Positions 26,339-32,000 of a stretch of DNA of 32,000 bases are shown here, one piece after another. The DNA is taken from assembly GCF_001997385.1 (NCBI RefSeq), contig NZ_CP019633.1, positions 1,170,001 through 1,202,000 on the forward strand, given 5' to 3'. A model generated the notes under the pieces. The model was given only the letters and a program-made list of their open reading frames with translations, did not search any database and was not told the origin of the DNA. The DNA comes from Sedimentisphaera cyanobacteriorum. Lineage in GTDB: Bacteria; Planctomycetota; Phycisphaerae; Sedimentisphaerales; Sedimentisphaeraceae. Position 1 is the first letter of the stretch. Each line of letters opens with the position of its first letter. A program made the position numbers and the translations under genes.

Positions 26339-27747
26339 CTATTTATGAAGCCTTATTAGCAGTTGCTCGAGCGGTGCGAGATATATTAATTCCGGATTTA
26401 CCGATCTGCCTGTGAGAATGTTTTCAGCCGAGCTGAATCCACCTGCCTGATTCAGAGAAACAACAGTCTTTTCAGCCCCTGTATTCACAAGAGCCGCTGT
26501 ATAGCTGTCCGAATCGTTTTGGTAAGACCTGCAAAGCACTCCCCAGCCTCCCCGTTTGAGCCAGTCTTCACATTCAACCAGCGGCTGTATATCCGCATTC
26601 GCAAGAGCCTGCTGAATCTCGGGCATAAGCTCCTTGGCCGGCTTCAAATCAAACTGCGGGCAGTTTTGGATAAAGCTAAGACTGCTTTCACTGCGAACGA
26701 ATCCGCGTTTATTATACTTAAAGCACTTCTCGCCGGCAAAAGCTGCTCTGCCTCCGCTGAGGATATAGTTTCTCAGTGCAGAAACAGTTTGATCATCCAC
26801 ATAGCCTGCATTAGGAACAATTATAAAACCGAGATCCTGATTATCCCAGCCCTCCTGAAGCATCTTTTCAGTAACAAAGCCGATGGGCAAATCCTGAAAA
26901 TAGAGCGATTCGTAAATCAGAACAAGCGCATCGCAGAATTCGCTGCTCTGAATGGCCGAGGCGTTGGAATACAAGATCCGCACAGGACGCTGCTGGGAGG
27001 CAAGATTCTTAACATCCCCTCCGGCTCGGTTAATTTCGAGCATCGTTCTTACGTAGCTGTTGAGCGTTCCAGGTAGAGTGGAAAGTGAGCCGTAAAACGA
27101 AGACTCCCAGCTGGGCGAGGGGGAACTGTTCCATTTTCTCGCCCAATACCACATAACATTAGCCCCCATTCCGTGCAGATGGGCAAGCCAGAGAGCGGCT
27201 TGAATACGTTCGTCCGGCATATCTGCATCTCTGTTGGCGAGGGTTTGTATGCTGTGCCACTCGCTGTCGTAGATGAGTTTATCCGGCTGGAGGGAGCGCA
27301 TAAAATCAAACGCTATAGACTGCTCAAACCACTGGATGGCGTAATCATCCATATCCTGCCACGGGTGATGAACATTGTACGGGGTTTGCGCAAGTATCCT
27401 TGTATCGCAGCCGTTTATCTCCAGCAGTTCCATCAGAGCCTCCCTGTCGATACCGTCGTGTCTTGCGGGCGGTGCGGAAATTGGATTTCCCCATAAGCCT
27501 ATCGAGCCTGTGAACGCCCTGTGATTGAAAACCTTCGCATGGCACATCGCATCAGGGTCGTGCTTTTCTATCTCATCGTGCATAAGCTTGAAGTATTCAG
27601 TGCACCGGATCTGATTAAACCTGCACCAGTCATACCAAGCGGGCTTATTCTCAGGTGTTCCCTGATAATCGCTGATTTGCCCGAAGACTTCAAAATCGCT
27701 TCCCCAGCTTGCGTTAAGGGTTTCTATCGATCCGTACTGATCCTTAA
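26339..27747 (-). pseudogene. GH42-like beta-galactosidase, 5'-truncated at the IS boundary
   Basis: The open frame runs from the IS end (..KDQYGSIETLNASWGSDFEVFGQI..PAWYDWCRFN..) through a GH42 middle-domain-like block (RPVRILYSNAS..LPIGFVTE..GFIIVPNAGYVDDQTVSALRNYILSGGRAAFAG) to the stop at 26339. The ~190 N-terminal residues of the TIM barrel, including the acid/base region, are absent. The family call is by motif recognition. Confidence 0.65.
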
Positions 27748-27765
27748 CCCCGATTTCTCACTTAG
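27744..27765 (+). repeat. IS left terminal inverted repeat
   Basis: This is the exact reverse complement of 29714-29735. Confidence 0.85.
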
Positions 27766-27894
27766 CGTTCAAAATCGTGAAAAATCAAAATTTTTTCTTT
27801 GATTCTGCGTTGTAATCGGCGTTTAAAAGTCTCTTTAGTCTCTGGTACAGACCTGCCCTATTGCAAGTGATTTTTCATCAGCAATAATATTGTT

Positions 27895-29655
27895 ATGTAC
27901 TTGAAGAAGCACAAGCGAAAGAAGAATGGTAAGATCAATTCCTATTACAGCATAGCGGAGAAGCGTAAGGTTTCTCGCGGGCGTTATGTTGAGAAGATGG
28001 TGCTGTATCTTGGTGAAATCTCTGATTCTCAGAAGAAGTCTTGGCAGAGATCCATTGAGATAATCAACGAGGACAACAAGCCTGTCCGCAAGTCATTATT
28101 CGCTTTTGATCAGGACAATCACACACATCACGACATAGATACGATTCCGGTAAAGCTCTCAAAGATGAAGCTTAACAACCCCAGAACATTCGGGGACTGC
28201 TGGCTCGGCTGCGAGATATGGGATATGCTGGGATTAGACACCTTCTGGTCGGAGAGGATAGACACTGCCAAATCGCCGGTTGACTATTCAAAAGTTGTAA
28301 AATTGCTGACAGTAAACCGTCTTATCAAGCCCGGAGCGGAGTTTTATGTCCACCGGCACTGGTTCACTCAGACCGCAATGGATGTATTGCTGGGCTGTGA
28401 ATTTGATGTTGCCGAAAAAAACCGGCTTTACCGTTGTCTGGACAGGATATTGCCGTATAAAGAAGAGCTTTGTTCTTATTTGAAAGACACATGGCAGATG
28501 ATGTTCAATCTGGAATATGACATTCTGCTTTACGATATAACCAGTACTTATTTTGAGGGATTATGCAAAAGCAATCCCAAGGCAAAATTCGGCCACAGCA
28601 AAGACCGCAGAGGCGATTGCAGGCAGATTCTTATCGCTTTGGTAGTTACCCCTGAGGGATTTCCGATCAATTATGAGATACTCGCCGGCAACACCTCAGA
28701 GAGAACAACGCTTAAACCCTTGTTAAACAAGATAGAGTCGAAATACGGCAAGGCAGGCAGGTTATGGCTGATGGACAGAGGTATTCCAACAGAAGCTGTG
28801 CTGGAGTATATGCGTGATAACGGGATTGATTATCTTGTCGGAACGCCCCGTAAGCTGCTGGATGAATTCCAAGAAGAGCTTTCTGTGAAAAGCTGGTTTG
28901 ATGTAAATGGAATCGTTCGCATAAAGCATATAGCCAAAGATGACGAATGCTATATTCTTGCTCGAAGCAAAGAGAGAATGGCTAAAGAACGGGCTATGCG
29001 TAAAAGAAAGCTCCGTAATTACTTAGAAGGACTGGAGAAGTTAAAGAAATGCCGCAGCCGAGATGTTTTTATGCAAAGGCTCGGCAAACTCAAACATCAG
29101 GCGGGCAGCTGCCGTAAGTGTGTAACTCTTACGATTCCCCGAAATAAGGAAAGGATTGAGAAGGGCGAGTTTGATTATAAGTTTGAAGCGAGCAAATATA
29201 AAGAAATGATATACCGCGACGGCACATACTTTTTGCGTACAAACCAGTCTGGCAAGGATGGTGCAGCCCTGTGGAAGGAATATATGCTTCAGTGCAACGT
29301 TGAGCAGGCATTCAGGGAGCTCAAGAGCGATCTGGGAATTCGTCCTGTCTATCACCATAAGCAAGACAGGGTTGAGGCTCACGTGTTTGTAGCGTTTATG
29401 AGCTATTGTTTGCAAGTAACACTGAGGCATAAGCTCAGGGCAAGCGCCTGCGGGATGACTGCTCAGGCGGCATTAGCAGCAATGTCTCGGATCCAGATGC
29501 TGGATGTTTCATTTGAAACGCAAGACAGCAGAACTCTGCTTATGCAGAGATATACCGAACCGGAAGACGAACACAAGCTGCTGCTGCAGAAATTGAAGAT
29601 AGAACTGCCGCCGCAAAAACCTCCGAAAATATACAGCGGGAAACTGAAAAAATAA
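27895..29655 (+). CDS. IS1634-family (IS4 superfamily) DDE transposase
   Basis: The N-terminus is MYLKKHKRKKNGKINSYYSIAEKRKVSRGRYVEKMVLYLGEI. DDE context is LLYDITSTYFEG, RLWLMDRGIPT and the IS4-type Y-x2-R-x3-E-x6-K-like block NVEQAFRELKSDLGIRP. Confidence 0.85.
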   Translation: MYLKKHKRKKNGKINSYYSIAEKRKVSRGRYVEKMVLYLGEISDSQKKSWQRSIEIINEDNKPVRKSLFAFDQDNHTHHDIDTIPVKLSKMKLNNPRTFGDCWLGCEIWDMLGLDTFWSERIDTAKSPVDYSKVVKLLTVNRLIKPGAEFYVHRHWFTQTAMDVLLGCEFDVAEKNRLYRCLDRILPYKEELCSYLKDTWQMMFNLEYDILLYDITSTYFEGLCKSNPKAKFGHSKDRRGDCRQILIALVVTPEGFPINYEILAGNTSERTTLKPLLNKIESKYGKAGRLWLMDRGIPTEAVLEYMRDNGIDYLVGTPRKLLDEFQEELSVKSWFDVNGIVRIKHIAKDDECYILARSKERMAKERAMRKRKLRNYLEGLEKLKKCRSRDVFMQRLGKLKHQAGSCRKCVTLTIPRNKERIEKGEFDYKFEASKYKEMIYRDGTYFLRTNQSGKDGAALWKEYMLQCNVEQAFRELKSDLGIRPVYHHKQDRVEAHVFVAFMSYCLQVTLRHKLRASACGMTAQAALAAMSRIQMLDVSFETQDSRTLLMQRYTEPEDEHKLLLQKLKIELPPQKPPKIYSGKLKK

Positions 29656-29687
29656 CACATCTTTGGCGACAGACCAACCCCTCTGAC

Positions 29688-29714
29688 GGGGGTAAAAACG
29701 CACTTTTTACCCCC
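29688..29714. other. Perfect 11 bp stem / 5 nt loop hairpin inside the IS right end
   Basis: GGGGGTAAAAA-cgcac-TTTTTACCCCC lies 33 nt after the transposase stop and abuts the right inverted repeat. No T-run follows, so it is not a classical intrinsic terminator. Confidence 0.6.
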
Positions 29715-29735
29715 TAAGTGAGAAATCGGGGTTAA
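29714..29735 (+). repeat. IS right terminal inverted repeat
   Basis: This is the exact reverse complement of 27744-27765. Confidence 0.85.
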
Positions 29736-29792
29736 AATATTGTCGCAAAGAGCAAATATTGTTATTTTTTTTTATTTTGGTGCATATTTGTT

Positions 29793-29820
29793 TTGCATAC
29801 AGCCCCTTCAAACCTATAAT
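29793..29820 (+). promoter_or_regulatory. Sigma70-like promoter of the RRM protein gene
   Basis: TTGCAT (29793-29798), a 16 nt spacer, then TATAAT (29815-29820). This leaves a ~85 nt leader ending in the AGGAGA RBS before the ATG at 29912. Confidence 0.45.
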
Positions 29821-29911
29821 TACCAGTTGATGGTTTAAGTAAACCCTTTCCAAGAGACCCGGAAAGAGAAAGAAACGGGTCATCGCCCACATCAGCTATC
29901 AGGAGATTCAA

Positions 29912-30196
29912 ATGGGCAAGAGTATCTATGTCGGTAACCTTAACTATAAGGTTGAAGCAGAACAGCTTGAGGAAGTTTTCTCAGAGTTCGGTGACGTTGT
30001 AAGTGCGAGAGTAATCCTCGACCGTGAAACAAAAAGAAGCAAAGGCTTCGGATTTGTTGAAATGGGCGATGATGAATCCGCAGCTACTGCAATCGAAGAA
30101 TTGAACGGCCATGAGTTGGATGGAAGAACTATGAAAGTCAGCGAGGCAACTCCGCGAGAGGAAAAGCCACGCAGGTCATTTAATAGAAGAAACTAA
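29912..30196 (+). CDS. RRM-type RNA-binding protein (glycine-poor, 94 aa)
   Basis: RNP-2 is IYVGNL and RNP-1 is KGFGFVEM. An AGGAGA RBS is present. Confidence 0.9.
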   Translation: MGKSIYVGNLNYKVEAEQLEEVFSEFGDVVSARVILDRETKRSKGFGFVEMGDDESAATAIEELNGHELDGRTMKVSEATPREEKPRRSFNRRN

Positions 30197-30212
30197 TCTG
30201 GCTATCCAGAAA

Positions 30213-30239
30213 GGCGGCATAAATTTGCCGCCTTTTTTT
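30213..30239 (+). terminator. Rho-independent terminator after the RRM gene
   Basis: GGCGGCA-taaatt-TGCCGCC is followed by TTTTTTT. Confidence 0.75.
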
Positions 30240-30411
30240 ATGCGCTGAAAATTCTCTAAACTGCCGCAGCATTATATTCACTGCCTTACTTTTGAGTCAA
30301 AATTCAAAAAGAATGCAGGATTCGCTGGGGGAAAATAAAAAATTTTTATCCAGCCCTTGATTGTTCGGGTTATGTTCGGTAGTATATACTGATATAAACA
30401 AGGACTGGTTT

Positions 30412-31572
30412 ATGACAGCTATTATTACAAAACCCGATTTAGAGCAGAAGCTCAGCCTCCTCAGCAGGGACGCACAATACGATCTCGCCTGCGCCTGCAA
30501 TGTTAGCGGCGAACAGAACCGGAAAGCCGGCAGCGACGGAAAATGGATCTATCCAGCAACACTTCCAGAAGGCGGCAAGAGCGTCCTCTTCAAAACTCTT
30601 CTCACTAATTCCTGCACAAACGACTGCAAATACTGTCCTCTGCGCAAAGCCAGAGACGAGCAGCGCTTCAGCTTAAGCCCTGAGAGAATAAGCCGCGTTT
30701 TTATGGATTATCTTAGGCGGGGAAAGGTGCACGGTTTGTTTTTAAGCAGCGGTGTTCATCGCGGCCCGGAATACGCTATGCAGCAGCTTATCGATACAGC
30801 GGAGATCCTCCGCAGAAAGCACAGATTCAGCGGGTACATACATCTCAAAATTATCCCCGGGGCAAGTGCTGAATCTATTGAGAAAGCGGTATCGCTTGCC
30901 AGTGCTGTATCGCTGAATATTGAAACCGCAGGCGAGGAGAATTTCCGCAGGCTCTCAGATAAAAAGGACTATATGCGGGATATCGTGCGGCCAATAAAGC
31001 TGATAAAACAGCTCACCTCTGCGGACGGGCGATACAGCAGGGTAAAACAGACCACGCAGTTTATCGTTGGAGCATCAGAGGAGAAAGACAGCGAACTGCT
31101 CGCATATATGCAGAGACTCTACGATAATATGAATATGCAGCGGATTTACTTCAGCGCGTATCAGAAGGGGCTCGGCAGTCCTGATCTGCCTGGTGAGAAC
31201 AGCTCCCGAACCGCAAACCAGCTTCGCCTCAGGGAGCACCGCCTCTATCAGGCCGATTATCTCTTCCGCATTTACGGCTTCAAAGCATCCGAGATGCCCC
31301 TGCTCAAAGACGGGAGCATGCCGGCAGATAAAGACCCGAAGCTCGCCTGGGCAGGACAACATCCCGAGCGTTTCCCTGTGGACGTTAATTCTGCGGGCAA
31401 AGCTGAACTGCTTAGGATTCCCGGCATCGGTCCGGCAGCGGCTAAAAGGATAATCCAGCGGCGCAAAAAAGAGAGCCTGCGCAGTCTTTCGGATATAAGC
31501 AGCAGACCTGCCGTTCAAAGCAGGGCCTGCCATTACATATCATTCAGCGGGAAGCGGGCTTCGCTTTTCTGA
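30412..31572 (+). CDS. Putative DNA modification/repair radical SAM protein with C-terminal helix-hairpin-helix
   Basis: The radical SAM cluster motif is CTNDCKYCPL (C-x3-C-x2-C). The family-typical N-terminus is KLSLLSRDAQYDLACAC. The C-terminal HhH is VNSAGKAELLRIPGIGPAAAKRII. The ATG at 30412 is preferred over the TTG at 30361. Confidence 0.8.
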   Translation: MTAIITKPDLEQKLSLLSRDAQYDLACACNVSGEQNRKAGSDGKWIYPATLPEGGKSVLFKTLLTNSCTNDCKYCPLRKARDEQRFSLSPERISRVFMDYLRRGKVHGLFLSSGVHRGPEYAMQQLIDTAEILRRKHRFSGYIHLKIIPGASAESIEKAVSLASAVSLNIETAGEENFRRLSDKKDYMRDIVRPIKLIKQLTSADGRYSRVKQTTQFIVGASEEKDSELLAYMQRLYDNMNMQRIYFSAYQKGLGSPDLPGENSSRTANQLRLREHRLYQADYLFRIYGFKASEMPLLKDGSMPADKDPKLAWAGQHPERFPVDVNSAGKAELLRIPGIGPAAAKRIIQRRKKESLRSLSDISSRPAVQSRACHYISFSGKRASLF

Positions 31573-31581
31573 GAGCCGCTG

Positions 31582-32000
31582 TTAATCGCTTATTTTGAGC
31601 CAATCCTGCGATGTTTCTTTTAGGTCATCAAGAAAATACTCCGCCTGCCATAAACTTGAAAGCTCGCAGAAGTCTTCCAAATCCACCGCCCTGCTTTGAT
31701 TTAAGTCGCCAGTGTGATAAATATCCTTTGCCTCAATCAGGGCTCTTTGAAGTGAGCACCTGTTCCACCAGCCTGCATCGATATACACGGCGAGAGGATG
31801 GCCTACTGCTGAAGTTTTATACTTAGAGCTGAAGTAAACAGAGACATCTGCATACCCATCCTGAGGCGGATACACCTTTTGGGAAACGATATCTGAATCG
31901 GTATCGGCGTTTTGCAGGGTAAGGGTAATTCCTTTGCCGGCGCGATTCTTTGCCCGAACCCTGAGGTAGTATTCAGTATCAGGCTGCACAACTGCGGAGG
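31582..32000 (-). CDS. 3' end of a secreted protein with dockerin-like tail (5'-partial, runs off the window)
   Basis: The frame is open to base 32000. The sequence reads ..PDTEYYLRVRAKN.. followed by GDLNQSRAVDLEDFCELSSLW near the C-terminus. Confidence 0.65.
   Translation of the reverse strand, partial: SAVVQPDTEYYLRVRAKNRAGKGITLTLQNADTDSDIVSQKVYPPQDGYADVSVYFSSKYKTSAVGHPLAVYIDAGWWNRCSLQRALIEAKDIYHTGDLNQSRAVDLEDFCELSSLWQAEYFLDDLKETSQDWLKISD

Larger units (their letters stand above)
27744..29735 (+). mobile_element. Intact IS element of the IS1634/IS4 type (~1.98 kb)
   Basis: Perfect terminal inverted repeats are TTAACCCCGATTTCTCACTTAG (27744-27765) and CTAAGTGAGAAATCGGGGTTAA (29714-29735). 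The outer TTAA may instead be a 4 bp target duplication. It contains a single 586 aa DDE transposase ORF. Confidence 0.85.

Noticed and set aside
29707-29892. ORF 29707-29892 (-) as the missing 5' part of the GH42-like gene (joining over TTAA gives ..SLRQYFKDQYGSIETLN..)
   Set aside because: The apparent in-frame junction is probably coincidental. The 53 upstream codons are AT-rich, overlap the RRM gene promoter and leader, and bear no resemblance to a GH42 TIM-barrel N-terminus, which would need ~190 residues.
30363-30379. GTTCGG-n5-GTTCGG upstream of the radical SAM gene as a LexA/SOS (Cheo-type) box
   Set aside because: The two half-sites are direct, not inverted, so they do not form the CGAAC-n4-GTTCG palindrome. 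It is kept only as a possible unspecified operator.

Overview
This 32 kb window looks like a glycan-degrading bacterium of the PVC type (Planctomycetota/Phycisphaerae, Lentisphaerota or Kiritimatiellota). The clues are TAT-signal Cys-type sulfatases, a prepilin-type 'FTLIELLVV' protein, LamG proteins and dockerin-like C-terminal tails; taxonomy cannot be verified without a search. The window has four parts. (1) 1-4517 is a GC-rich block (roughly 60-65% by hand counts of sample lines). It encodes secreted FG-GAP/VCBS beta-propeller proteins, one with an N-terminal PHB-depolymerase-family esterase and one with a C-terminal ASPIC/UnbV domain. Two of its gene boundaries are in-frame stop codons (TGA 1270, TAA 3309) followed by sequence that still looks coding. 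(2) 4757-5690 holds a divergent tRNA-Arg(CCG)/tRNA-Gly(CCC) pair with near-consensus promoters. It is followed by a junkyard of gene relics: a serine-recombinase domain fragment, an IS30-type transposase motif, and a 103 bp copy of the 3' end of the symporter gene 4 kb away. (3) 5692-25937 is a ~20 kb run of 13 reading frames (11 genes if the three sialidase segments are one), all on the minus strand, forming a sialoglycan/sulfoglycan utilisation locus. It is headed by an AraR-like (GntR-HTH + LacI-type sensor) regulator. It contains a LamG protein, a pseudopilin-like protein, a 933 aa multidomain BNR/LamG protein, a canonical GH33 sialidase and a NanM-like Kelch mutarotase. It also has two sulfatases, two tandem DHDPS/NAL-family lyases, a URO-D-like TIM-barrel protein and a NanM-SSS symporter fusion. 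A tandem-sialidase gene in this locus is broken twice, each time at an A7 tract. (4) 26339-32000 contains a GH42-like beta-galactosidase gene decapitated by an intact IS1634/IS4-type element with perfect terminal inverted repeats. It also has an RRM RNA-binding protein, a DNA-modification/repair-type radical SAM protein, and the 3' end of another dockerin-tailed secreted protein. No CRISPR array, rRNA or obvious defence system was seen. The most interesting material is the non-canonical sialic-acid locus: transporter-mutarotase fusion, two lyase paralogs plus a URO-D-like enzyme, sulfatases and pseudopilin/LamG lead genes. The recoding-like gene interruptions are the second point of interest.
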